Below are positions 9,663 to 18,669 of a stretch of 64,000 bases of DNA, in pieces. Both the position numbers and the translations under genes were made by a program. Origin of the DNA: a virus (taxonomy: Duplodnaviria > Caudoviricetes); IMG/VR virus record IMGVR_UViG_3300025924_000001, positions 32,001-96,000 of that record; one strand, given 5' to 3'. The number at the start of each line of letters is the position of its first letter. Positions within the stretch are counted from its first letter, which is position 1. The notes below the pieces were generated by a model. The model saw only the letters and a list, made by a program, of their open reading frames with translations. It was not told the DNA's origin and did not search any database.

Positions 9663-10279
9663 CGGTCACCGCGACCGGACGTGTTTCCTTGAACGCCGGG
9701 CGCGCCCACACCGTGGTGGTACCAGTACCATGTCCGACGGGGCACGTGGTGCACCCGCGCACCCAGCTGGCAGCAGTTCACGGTGAACTGGAAGTCCTCA
9801 CCGTAGACCTGCCCGTCAACCTCGTCGGCCTCGGGCGGGGTGAACCGGGCGGCCTGCGCGAGCTCGGTGCGAACGAGGGTGGTGACCGTCGTCTGGTGCG
9901 GGTCGGCGGGGTCGAACGGTCGGCCGAGGTGGCCGAGCGGGTCGATCTCCGGCCGGTCGTTGTTAGCGCCATCGCGCACCATGTAGTAGCTGTAGACGTA
10001 GTCGGCGTTCGTCTCGAGCGCGGCGCAGTACAGGATCTCGAGGTGGTTGGGCATGAACGCGTCGTCGTCGTCGAGAAACGCGACCCACTCGGTGCGGACC
10101 GCGTCGAGCGCCCGCTGCCGGGTGACGCCGGCACCGGCGTGGTTGACGTCCTGCGCGACCGACACGTTCCACGCGGGAAGGGTCTGCGTGCTGACCGACT
10201 GCAGGGCCCGGAGAAGGTGGTCTCGCCGCGGTGGGATCGTGGGGACGCAGACCGTGATGTCACCCTTGCCTGCCGCCAT
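9656..10279 (-). CDS. Glycosyltransferase, GT-A/GT2-like
   Basis: ITVCVPTIP, WVAFLDDDD, GEDFQF; ATG overlaps upstream TGA. Confidence 0.88.
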   Translation of the reverse strand: MAAGKGDITVCVPTIPPRRDHLLRALQSVSTQTLPAWNVSVAQDVNHAGAGVTRQRALDAVRTEWVAFLDDDDAFMPNHLEILYCAALETNADYVYSYYMVRDGANNDRPEIDPLGHLGRPFDPADPHQTTVTTLVRTELAQAARFTPPEADEVDGQVYGEDFQFTVNCCQLGARVHHVPRRTWYWYHHGVGAPGVQGNTSGRGDRW

Positions 10280-10923
10280 CACGTCGCGTCTCCCCTCACC
10301 GCGAGAACCACCTGGAACATCGACCACGTCTCGTGTCGAAGGATCACGTAGCCAGCCTGCTCCAGCAGCGACCGGTAGCCGTCCTGATCCCACGCCCAGG
10401 TGTGGTACCCGTAGTGTGACCGGTCGGTCTCAACGTGGGGGCTCGACGCGACCAGGTAGCGAGAGCGACGCGCGACCCGTCGAACGAACTCGTGCGGGTC
10501 GAGCAGGTGCTCCAGCATCTCCGTCGCGATCGCGAGGTCACCCCACGTCACCGACCGAGGATCGGTGACCACGTCCAGGTAGGAGACGTTGGTGAGGCCT
10601 CGCTTCGATCGTGCGGCTTCCACGTTGGCCGGCGCGAGGTCGTAGCCCCACGCCGTCCAGGGGAGAACAATCTCGCCCCTCGCGGCCTCCTCAGCCAGGC
10701 GGTCCGAGATCAGCTTCAGCAGTCCACCGTCGCCACAACCCAGGTCCACGACGGTTGAGGCACCGAGGCGCAGAATGGCGTACGTCGCGAGGTCGCAGGC
10801 GAGATCCAGTCGTCCCCGGTGCTCCGCCTGGTCCACGTGCGGGGCGCTCTCTCGATCCTCGTACCAGCCGGGCGTGGTCCACTCGGGAAGCGTTCCAGGC
10901 TCGAACAGCTGCCACTCGGTCAC
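10279..10923 (-). CDS. Class I SAM-dependent methyltransferase
   Basis: VVDLGCGDG, EMLEHLLDP. Confidence 0.85.
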   Translation of the reverse strand: MTEWQLFEPGTLPEWTTPGWYEDRESAPHVDQAEHRGRLDLACDLATYAILRLGASTVVDLGCGDGGLLKLISDRLAEEAARGEIVLPWTAWGYDLAPANVEAARSKRGLTNVSYLDVVTDPRSVTWGDLAIATEMLEHLLDPHEFVRRVARRSRYLVASSPHVETDRSHYGYHTWAWDQDGYRSLLEQAGYVILRHETWSMFQVVLAVRGDAT

Positions 10924-11486
10924 CGGGACCGCCAGCAGGCGTGAATCTGGTAGTCGTAGGTGAAGTGTGGTCGCAGCTTGAGCTCGATGGTTGAGTGAGG
11001 CTCCCAGCCGGCGCCGCGAAGCATCGCCTTGACGTCGTCGACGCCCCACCCCCAGTAGTGCTCAGGGTTGCCGTCGTCTGCCTCATCGATGGGGGTCGAC
11101 ACGATGAGGTGGTGGGCGCGGCCGTGGATCCGACGAAGGACCGCGTCGGGGTCGTCGAGGTGCTCGATCGTCTCGGAGCAGATGAAGAGGTCGACCCCGC
11201 CGAGCTCCTCGAGGGTCTCCTCGATCGGCCCCACGTGAAGGTAGCCGGGCGCGTAGTCACCGAAGCTCTTGGTCACGCCCCGAAGCGACTCGAGGATCGC
11301 ACCGTCGCCGCAGGACAGGTCGGCGGCGGACGTGCAGCCGTGCTGGTCAATGACCCACTGCGCGAGCTCGGCGGTGACCCGCACGCGAACGAGGTGATCG
11401 GCCCAGCGCGTGTGGTTGTGCGGCGTCGCGTAGATCCGGGCGAGCTCGGCGTCGGAGTGCTTGGGACGCAACCGAACGCGGGTCAC
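10920..11486 (-). CDS. Class I SAM-dependent methyltransferase
   Basis: AADLSCGDG, DLFICSETIEHLDDP, VSTP. Confidence 0.8.
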   Translation of the reverse strand: MTRVRLRPKHSDAELARIYATPHNHTRWADHLVRVRVTAELAQWVIDQHGCTSAADLSCGDGAILESLRGVTKSFGDYAPGYLHVGPIEETLEELGGVDLFICSETIEHLDDPDAVLRRIHGRAHHLIVSTPIDEADDGNPEHYWGWGVDDVKAMLRGAGWEPHSTIELKLRPHFTYDYQIHACWRSR

Positions 11487-12154
11487 AGGGCGTTCCTCAT
11501 CGTCGCGAGGTCGTCGTTGAGCTGGGTCACGCAGTACGTCTGATAGGCCGCCTGGTCGCGGTTGAACATGGTTCCCGTGTTCACGGCCTGGTAGCGCTCG
11601 TCGTTCTCGGCCTTGCCCACGATGGGGTGCAGGTGCTCGATGACGACGTCGTTGAGGTACGCGAGCCGACCGAGGCCGTAGCCCCAGTCCTTCCACACGT
11701 TGTCGACGTAGAGGTGCCTCAGCGTGGGCGGGGCCATGTAGCCGAGGGCCTGAACCAGCCGGGCGTCGAGCGCGACCGCGGTGGGCAGGTTGATCCCGTG
11801 CACGAGGTCGTTACCGTAGGCGACGCCACCGCCCATGAGAGCGATCGCGTCGACGAGCCGGGCGTCCCAGCCCTCGGTGCGCGGCACGTGGTCGTCGCCG
11901 AGGAACGCGAGGCAGGTGCTGTCCGCGGCGTGTCGCGCGACGAGCTGGTTGAGCGCGCCCACCATGCCGGGTCCCGCGGGCTCAACGACGGTGACCGGCG
12001 CGGCCTTGCGGTAGGCGTCGAGGTCCTCGTCATCGGCGTCGACGCCGAGCACGAGCTGCGTGTCGGCGCGGTTGAGCGCGGTCATCGCCTCCGCGAGGCG
12101 GATCGCGTTCGCGACGCGGCCTCGGGTGGGCACGAGAACGGTGAGATCGGTCAT
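11483..12154 (-). CDS. Glycosyltransferase, GT-A/GT2-like
   Basis: LTVLVPTRGR, FLGDDH, HLYVD, IEHLHP. Confidence 0.8.
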   Translation of the reverse strand: MTDLTVLVPTRGRVANAIRLAEAMTALNRADTQLVLGVDADDEDLDAYRKAAPVTVVEPAGPGMVGALNQLVARHAADSTCLAFLGDDHVPRTEGWDARLVDAIALMGGGVAYGNDLVHGINLPTAVALDARLVQALGYMAPPTLRHLYVDNVWKDWGYGLGRLAYLNDVVIEHLHPIVGKAENDERYQAVNTGTMFNRDQAAYQTYCVTQLNDDLATMRNAL

Positions 12155-13068
12155 ACCAGTGACCTTAACGCACGGCTGATGCCGTCCTCGAGGGTGACCT
12201 TGGGAGCGTAGAACTTGAGCATCTCGGTGGGGTCGCCGACGCGGCTGGTGACCCCCACGGGCGCCTCGGTGAGGTGCTTGAGCTGGGGGCTGTAGCCGGC
12301 CGCCGTGGTGACGAGGCGCGCGAGCTCGTTGAACGACGTCGCGCGGCCGGTGCACAGGTTGACGGTGTCGGTGAAGCCCTGATCGACCGCGGCGAGGACC
12401 GCGCCGACAACGTCGTCGACGTGGATGAAGTCGCGAAGCTGCTCCCCGTTGCCCCAGACCTCGAACGGGTCATCTCGACGCAGGGCCCGGTGAATGAACG
12501 ACGGGAAGGGGTAGTCGAGGTCCTGATCGGTGCCGTAGCCGCTGAACGGTCGAAACACGTGGACCCGCAGGCCAGCGGCTCGTGCGTGCTCAGCGAGCAC
12601 CTCGCCGGTCAGCTTGGCCCAACCGTAGGTGAGGTCGGGCCTGCCGAACGCGTCATCCTCATGGTTGATCCACTTCTCGATCAACGGCATGCCGCGCATG
12701 AGGTCGTTCTCCCACGCCCGCGGCGAGAGGCCCTGCAGGTTCGTGGGGTAGGCAGCGGAGCTCGAGAAGTAGACGACCGCGCCGGGTTGGGTTCGCAGCG
12801 CCCACTGGAAGAGCTCGGCGTCGATCGCGAGGTCGACGGCGACCCTCAGCGGCGCGCCCTCGATCGTCGTGCGGCCACCGACCACGGCGGCGCAGTGGAT
12901 GACGAGGTCGTAGTGCCGCGAGTTGAAGCGGAAGAAGTCGCGGGCGTCGACGCGGTAGGCGTCCCGGACGTCGAAGCCGGTGACCGAGTAGCCGAGGGCG
13001 GTCAGTCGGTTCAGCATGTGACGGCCGATGAAGCCCTGATGACCGGTGACCAGCGCCCGCTTGCTCAC
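12151..13068 (-). CDS. NAD-dependent nucleotide-sugar epimerase/dehydratase
   Basis: LVTGHQGFIG Rossmann motif, FSSSAAY, YGWAK (YxxxK), RDFIHVDD. Confidence 0.9.
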   Translation of the reverse strand: MSKRALVTGHQGFIGRHMLNRLTALGYSVTGFDVRDAYRVDARDFFRFNSRHYDLVIHCAAVVGGRTTIEGAPLRVAVDLAIDAELFQWALRTQPGAVVYFSSSAAYPTNLQGLSPRAWENDLMRGMPLIEKWINHEDDAFGRPDLTYGWAKLTGEVLAEHARAAGLRVHVFRPFSGYGTDQDLDYPFPSFIHRALRRDDPFEVWGNGEQLRDFIHVDDVVGAVLAAVDQGFTDTVNLCTGRATSFNELARLVTTAAGYSPQLKHLTEAPVGVTSRVGDPTEMLKFYAPKVTLEDGISRALRSLV

Positions 13069-14048
13069 GTCAGCAGCACCCTCTCCCACCGCCACAGGTT
13101 GTCCTCGATCAGGCTATTCGCAGCGACGTAGCTGCGGGCGTGCGCGCTCATCTTCTCGCGGAGCCGCGCGTCACCGAGCAGCTCGCGCAGGTAGATCGCC
13201 CACTCGTGCGGTCGGTCCACCAGGAAGCCGGTCTCGCCGTGACGAACGTAATCCGCGTAGGGGCCGCAGTTCGACGCGATGATGGGGATGCCGAGCGCGC
13301 CGTACTCCATCGCCTTCAGCGCCGACTTTGACTTGTTGAACAACGACGGCCGTAGGGGAGCGAGGCCGAGGTCGAAGTCGATCGACCGCAGGTAGTCGTC
13401 GATCTCGCCGTGCCACTCCGAGTGGCGCCACAGGTTCTTGGGCCACTTCTCGACGAGGTTGTGACCCATGATGTGCAGCTCCGCCTGGGGCACGCGAGTG
13501 AGAAACCGCCGCAGCTCGCTGCTGAGCTCGGTCCAGTCACCGACGTGCGTGGCGCTGCCCGCGTAGCCGACCGTCACGCGGTCGCTGACGTGCTCCCGCT
13601 CGTGGTCGATGAGCCAGCTCGAGACGTGGTTCGGGATCACCTCGATGGGCGCGGTGGTGTACTCGCTGAGCCGGTTCGCGAGGTGATCCGTCGTCGTCGT
13701 CACGACGTCGGCGACCGCGAGGTTCCGCTTGGCTCGTTCCTGCATCTCAGGCTTGAAGAAATTGTGCGCGATCGCGTTCGAGCCCTCGATGTTCCATAGG
13801 TCGTCATCGAACTCGAGAACGACCTTGACACTGCCCTTGCGGGCCGTCCTCTGGATCCACTCCGTGGGTCCCTCGAGGACCACGCGCTGCGCGATCACGA
13901 CGTCGACGTTGCCGAGCGCGACGTCCGCGGGCATGCTGCCATCGTAGAAGACGTCGTAGCCACGGGCCTTGAGCGCGTTGAACGGCTGCTTGACCCGATA
14001 GTAGCCGCAGCCGCTGTGGTCGCAGAGCCAGCCGAAGACGCGGGTCAC
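13065..14048 (-). CDS. Glycosyltransferase, GT-B/GT4-like
   Basis: GCGYYR, EFDDDLW, VGYAGS.TH, FNKSKSALKAMEYGALGIPIIAS, ETGFLV. Confidence 0.85.
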   Translation of the reverse strand: MTRVFGWLCDHSGCGYYRVKQPFNALKARGYDVFYDGSMPADVALGNVDVVIAQRVVLEGPTEWIQRTARKGSVKVVLEFDDDLWNIEGSNAIAHNFFKPEMQERAKRNLAVADVVTTTTDHLANRLSEYTTAPIEVIPNHVSSWLIDHEREHVSDRVTVGYAGSATHVGDWTELSSELRRFLTRVPQAELHIMGHNLVEKWPKNLWRHSEWHGEIDDYLRSIDFDLGLAPLRPSLFNKSKSALKAMEYGALGIPIIASNCGPYADYVRHGETGFLVDRPHEWAIYLRELLGDARLREKMSAHARSYVAANSLIEDNLWRWERVLLT

Positions 14049-14386
14049 GGCTCGCTGACCGTTCTCACCGGCTCACGGGGCACCCAACGGCCGCGCGTCT
14101 CCCAGCTGTGCCTGATCCACTGCCACCACGAGCCATCCGTCGTGACGGTGATCTCACCGCAATCACCGTCCTGGTCGGGGTATCGGCTGACCATGAACGC
14201 GTGGGCCCAGTTCTGGGTGTACCGACAGTCGCTCTCGCGGCAGACCCACCCGTTGAGAACAGGAATCAGGGGGCCGTGGTCCGAGTCAATCCCACACGTG
14301 AACGGGTGAAAGTGGCCGCGCCGCTGAAAGGCGTCGAGGGCGTCGACCACCTCGCGGGACCACGGTGCGTAGACCTTGACGCTCAC
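14045..14386 (-). CDS. Hypothetical protein
   Basis: Coupled ORF (GTGA overlaps), HPFTC and YTQNWAH motifs. Confidence 0.6.
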   Translation of the reverse strand: MSVKVYAPWSREVVDALDAFQRRGHFHPFTCGIDSDHGPLIPVLNGWVCRESDCRYTQNWAHAFMVSRYPDQDGDCGEITVTTDGSWWQWIRHSWETRGRWVPREPVRTVSEP

Positions 14387-14670
14387 TCGTCATCCTCCGT
14401 GACGGTGGCTTCACCGCACCTGGGGCACTCGTGGCTCCACGCGTTCCACAGTCGAGCGCACGCGACGCACCAGCGACCGCGCTTGGTTCCGAGGAAGCCG
14501 CGGAAGCCGCCGGCGAACGCGAGGCCGCCCTCGCCGCCGACCTGCTTCTGAACCGCGGTCGCGTGGCGGTCCGAGACCTCGACGCTGCCGCGACTGTTGC
14601 GCGTGTACCGGGTGCCGTCCTCCATGTTGAGGCCGTCGCAGCCCGGCGGGAGGTTGACGCGGACGCTCAC
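14383..14670 (-). CDS. Hypothetical zinc-ribbon protein
   Basis: CxxC...CPRC; coupled ORF. Confidence 0.6.
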   Translation of the reverse strand: MSVRVNLPPGCDGLNMEDGTRYTRNSRGSVEVSDRHATAVQKQVGGEGGLAFAGGFRGFLGTKRGRWCVACARLWNAWSHECPRCGEATVTEDDE

Positions 14671-14891
14671 TCGTCGACCTCATCATCGACGGTGAAGGTC
14701 AGAGTGTACGCCTTGCCGACCTCGAACAGGTTGGCGTCCTTGACGGAGATGTTGACCGACAGCGTGGGGGTCGCGGCGGCCCACGCCTTGTTGCGGCCGT
14801 CGGCGTAGTCGACACCGAACTCGAACGCGGCGCCCTCGCTGCCCCAGATCTTCTTGCTGTTACACTTGACCTTCGCGGTCACCTGAGCCAT
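14667..14891 (-). CDS. Hypothetical protein
   Basis: MAQVTAKVKC... with GAGG RBS. Confidence 0.6.
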   Translation of the reverse strand: MAQVTAKVKCNSKKIWGSEGAAFEFGVDYADGRNKAWAAATPTLSVNISVKDANLFEVGKAYTLTFTVDDEVDE

Positions 14892-14907
14892 CGTCGCCCT
14901 CGATTCG

Positions 14908-15483
14908 CTAAAAGTTGATGTGCTTCGGGTGGCAGTCACCGCGAACCACCCTCACCGGGATCCCGAGGCGCTTGGCGAGACGGTGCATGTTCAGGTCCAC
15001 GTAGGGGTAGTGCCACTCCTTGAGGCCCTCGATCACCGCCGCATCCACGAGTCGCCGCGGTAGGTAGGTGAAGCAGAAGGTGAACCAGTCGGGGTCGTCG
15101 ACGTCGGTCTGCCAGAGCCTGATCGTGTCCTGTCCGGTGGCTCCCGGTGACGGCTCCTTGCGGTGACCCCAGACCCAACTCGGCAGGTGGGTCGAGCGCG
15201 GCCACAGCTTCGCGGGGGCGGTCCACACCGAGGTGGTGTCTCGACCCACGTGAGAGATCATCGCTCCCAGGTCGGTGGGCTCGATCGCGACGTCCGAGTC
15301 GAGCAGCAGCATGCCGACGTCCGCGGGGGTCGCCATCTGTCGCCACGCGGAGGCGAGCACGAGGCCCTTGCGCCCCTTGGGGTGCGCCGGCTCCGGGTTG
15401 ACCTCGATGACGTGAAACGGGTGCTCGACGCTGGGGATCGTGCGGCCTCGCCACGCGACCTTGACGCAGATGAGATTGACCAC
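14908..15483 (-). CDS. Putative GT-A-fold protein
   Basis: Hydrophobic strand followed by DSD (DxD), C-terminal His; start uncertain. Confidence 0.45.
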   Translation of the reverse strand: MVNLICVKVAWRGRTIPSVEHPFHVIEVNPEPAHPKGRKGLVLASAWRQMATPADVGMLLLDSDVAIEPTDLGAMISHVGRDTTSVWTAPAKLWPRSTHLPSWVWGHRKEPSPGATGQDTIRLWQTDVDDPDWFTFCFTYLPRRLVDAAVIEGLKEWHYPYVDLNMHRLAKRLGIPVRVVRGDCHPKHINF

Positions 15484-15610
15484 GGCGCCGGCGGCACTCG
15501 TCTCCGGACCTGTCACGCGACGCTCCCAGCTCGGGATTGAAGCGACGGCTCTCCCGTCGGCTTCACTATATCGCGTACCAAGATGGCGGAGACGAGATGC
15601 CGTCGGGCTG

Positions 15611-15895
15611 TTATCGAGGTGTCGTGAGAACGTAGCCAACGGTGCCCGACACGGCACCGCTGGCCACCGTGACGTACAGGTCCGTCGTCGACCCGGCTCC
15701 CTGACCGGTCAGCTTGATGGACTGACCGTTGGGGATGGGGCAACCGTTGCTCGACGACACCCGGCTGCTCGTGCCGAGGAACACGACGGCGCCGGCGTTG
15801 TTGCTGATGACCAGGTCGTACACGTCCCCCGGCGCGGACACCAGGAGAACCCCACTTCCGCTCACGGGGATCGCGACGTTCGTGATGACGGCCAC
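15611..15895 (-). CDS. Small beta-rich virion protein (decoration-like, paralog 3)
   Basis: ISNNAGAVVFLG...VSSSNG motif shared with two neighbours. Confidence 0.55.
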   Translation of the reverse strand: MAVITNVAIPVSGSGVLLVSAPGDVYDLVISNNAGAVVFLGTSSRVSSSNGCPIPNGQSIKLTGQGAGSTTDLYVTVASGAVSGTVGYVLTTPR

Positions 15896-15897
15896 GG

Positions 15898-16401
15898 CTA
15901 CGACGTTCCCGCGACCGTCTTCACGGTTCCCGTCGAGGCCCCGGTCACCACCGCCACGGCGGCCCCGGCACGGTGGTCGTAGACCACCGCCGCGGCCAGC
16001 GTGAGGTGAGTGCTGTCCGGGATCGACGCGATGGTGCCGACCTCGCTGGTGCCACCGGTGCCGACCTGCACGAGGTTGCCGGCCGCGAAGTTCGCCGTCG
16101 TGCCGACGCTGATGTTGCTGGTCAGGCCGCCGGTTGCCGCCGCGGTCAGGTTGGTCGTCGCCGTGCCGCTGACGGTGACGCCGCCCGCGGCCGCGTAGAT
16201 CGCGTTGACGCCGTTCGCGAAGCTGAGCTCCGTCTGCGGCGGCAGCGCGAGGCCGCTCGAGGCGGTGACGCCGGCACCGCCGACGTACACCGTCGACGGC
16301 CCGGCGTTGAAGACCACGACGTGTGGCCTGCCGACGCTCGCGGGAGTGTAGACCTGGACCGGCGCCGCTCCCACGGGCGTGTAGATGGAACGGCTGGCCA
16401 C
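15898..16401 (-). CDS. Small beta-rich virion protein (decoration-like, paralog 2)
   Basis: VFNAGPSTVYVG...VTASSG motif plus an inserted module. Confidence 0.55.
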   Translation of the reverse strand: MASRSIYTPVGAAPVQVYTPASVGRPHVVVFNAGPSTVYVGGAGVTASSGLALPPQTELSFANGVNAIYAAAGGVTVSGTATTNLTAAATGGLTSNISVGTTANFAAGNLVQVGTGGTSEVGTIASIPDSTHLTLAAAVVYDHRAGAAVAVVTGASTGTVKTVAGTS

Positions 16402-16402
16402 G

Positions 16403-16756
16403 TCACACCACCGACGGGTTGGACGCCAGCGCGGCGAGGATGGTCGCGGACTGCCCGTTGGCGACCGCGGCGTACAGGTTGTTGACGAGGCCCTGAACGG
16501 TCAGCTGCTCGCCCGGGTTGAGCTGAATGCCCGCGGCCGTGGCGGTGATGCCGGAGGCACCCAGGTAGGCGGTGTTCGGCCCCGTGTTGATCACGGTGTA
16601 GGCCTGCTGGGCCGGCGTGGACGTCTGGAAGTTCCAGGTGTAGCTCTTGCCGCCGTGGCTGACGTTGCCGCCGGTGACGGCGAAGACCTGGGTGGCACCC
16701 GACACGCTGACCGTGGTGTTCTGAAGCTGGGGGTAGTCCCCCTCGAAGATTGCCAC
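16403..16756 (-). CDS. Small beta-rich virion protein (decoration-like, paralog 1)
   Basis: VINTGPNTAYLG...ITATAAG motif; directly after capsid gene; AAGGA RBS. Confidence 0.55.
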   Translation of the reverse strand: MAIFEGDYPQLQNTTVSVSGATQVFAVTGGNVSHGGKSYTWNFQTSTPAQQAYTVINTGPNTAYLGASGITATAAGIQLNPGEQLTVQGLVNNLYAAVANGQSATILAALASNPSVV

Positions 16757-16823
16757 TTTCGTTCCTTTCGAGGACGAAGGTCGAGGAAGGCGCGACGGCT
16801 CGTGAGAGCCGTCGCGCGACCGA

Positions 16824-18629
16824 TCACGTGTAGGGAGTGGTGCTGGTCTTCTGCAGGCCGGCCAGGTGCGCGGAGTACTGCGGCGCGTGAGCCACCATCG
16901 CCCCGTACAGGAAGATGCTGTAGCGGAAGGTGGCGTCGATGACCGGCCACGCGATGGACACGTAGTCCTGGACCGTGGTCATCTCCCAGGCGTTCGCGAC
17001 GTTCGTCCACGTCTGCGGGAGCTGGTAGGTCATGAGGTCGGCGTTGCCCTGCTTGTACCAGGGGTGAACGACCATCTTCATGATCGAGCGGGTGAACGGG
17101 TTGCGGAACTCGTCGACCGCGGCACCGGTCTGGATGCCACCGGTCTCCGACTGCTGGATGAACAGACGGTAGTTGGTGGCGGAGCCCTGCGCGATGACGT
17201 CGTCGGACAGGTTCGCGATGTCGGTCGCCGAGCTGAGCAGCTCGGCCGGGTCGGCCTTGAACGCGCCGGGGTTGTTGGACGAGCTGTCCCACAGCGCCTT
17301 CAGGGTCGTGTTGATGACGTTGTAGTTCAGCGTCGAGCCGACCGCGTTGTTGACGTAGCCGCCCTGCCAGCCGGACGGGTAGATGCCAGCGTTGGCCGAC
17401 ACGCCGGCGAGCGTCGGGATGACGCCCTCCATGCGGGTGCCCTTGCCGGTGCCGGTGTCGGCGGCCGGGACGGCGACCGTGGTCGCGGCGGTGCCCTGCA
17501 GGGTGAAGCGGGTGCCGCCGACCTGAGCCTGCTGCAGGAAGTAGCCGGCGCTCGCGTTGTTGGTGTAGATGTTCGTGAACAGCGCGCCCGCGACCGTGGG
17601 GATGGTCACGTCCACGACCTGGCCGGCGCCGACGGTGACGCTGTTGCTCGCCACGGACGGGGCGGTCTCACCCCAGTAGTTGCCGGCGGTGATCTCGACG
17701 GTCAGGGTGCCGGTGGTGAACGCGGTCTCGTTGCTGCCCGCGGTCCGGAGCGTGATGGTCGGCGCGGCCGGCGCGGCCAGGTTGATCGAGGTGCCCGCGA
17801 TCATCTGGTACTCCTCGCCGAGCATCATCTCCTGGAGGAGGATGAGGTTCGCGAGGGCCGAAACGTCCTCGAATCCCTGGCCACTGAACTGGGCCAGCCA
17901 GGACAGCTGCTCGGTGATGCCGAAGAACCGGTAGGGCACGTTGAGGGTGACCTCGGTCTGGCTACCCGACGGCGGCAGGTTCAGCGGCCAGGAGCTGAAC
18001 GAGCCCCCGGACGTGACCAGCTCGTCGATCGAGATGTCGAGGACGCCCTGCCCGCCGGTCTGGGAGCCGCTGATGCCAGTGAAGACGCGCTCGATGCGGC
18101 TGAGACCCTGACCCGCAGGACGGGGGAACTTGTTGCGGTACAGGGTGTAGACGGGGTAGATCAGTCGGGACGGCGCGAGCAGGTCGAACGGCACGAGGCC
18201 GTAGATGCTGCCGATGCCGAGGTTGCCGGCGGTGAAGCTCTTGTCCGCGCCGGGGATGCCCTGCAGCAGCTGGCCGATCTGCTCCCCGATGGACGGCGCG
18301 GTCAGCGCCGTCTTCAGGTTGCCGAACTGGTTGAGGAAGCCCTGGTTCATGGACTTCACGACCGAGCTACGGTTCTGGTAGCCCTGCATCGTCGCGGTGC
18401 GCAGGTCCAGGGCGGCCTGGTGCGCGCGGTAGGTGATGTCGGCCTGGTCCTCCAGCGGCTTGTTGGAGCCGATGGTCGCGAGGCCGGCGCCCTTCACCAG
18501 GTTCGGCAGCTGCGCCTTGATCGCGTCGCCGGTGGTGTTGCAGCGCGAGACGGTGTCCTGCAGGCCCGCCTTGAGCTCGTTCATGTCCGTGGGCGTCTGG
18601 GTGTCGGCGCCCTCGAGGAGTGCAGCCAC
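16824..18629 (-). CDS. Major capsid protein (probable)
   Basis: 601 aa directly after protease/scaffold, strong codon bias, EMMLGEEYQMIAG helix and MVVHPW motif resemble the HK97 fold; central Thr-rich insertion. Confidence 0.7.
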   Translation of the reverse strand: MAALLEGADTQTPTDMNELKAGLQDTVSRCNTTGDAIKAQLPNLVKGAGLATIGSNKPLEDQADITYRAHQAALDLRTATMQGYQNRSSVVKSMNQGFLNQFGNLKTALTAPSIGEQIGQLLQGIPGADKSFTAGNLGIGSIYGLVPFDLLAPSRLIYPVYTLYRNKFPRPAGQGLSRIERVFTGISGSQTGGQGVLDISIDELVTSGGSFSSWPLNLPPSGSQTEVTLNVPYRFFGITEQLSWLAQFSGQGFEDVSALANLILLQEMMLGEEYQMIAGTSINLAAPAAPTITLRTAGSNETAFTTGTLTVEITAGNYWGETAPSVASNSVTVGAGQVVDVTIPTVAGALFTNIYTNNASAGYFLQQAQVGGTRFTLQGTAATTVAVPAADTGTGKGTRMEGVIPTLAGVSANAGIYPSGWQGGYVNNAVGSTLNYNVINTTLKALWDSSSNNPGAFKADPAELLSSATDIANLSDDVIAQGSATNYRLFIQQSETGGIQTGAAVDEFRNPFTRSIMKMVVHPWYKQGNADLMTYQLPQTWTNVANAWEMTTVQDYVSIAWPVIDATFRYSIFLYGAMVAHAPQYSAHLAGLQKTSTTPYT

Positions 18630-18669
18630 GGTGGTTCCCTTCCGGAAAGCAGCGGTTAGCGGTTGTGAT

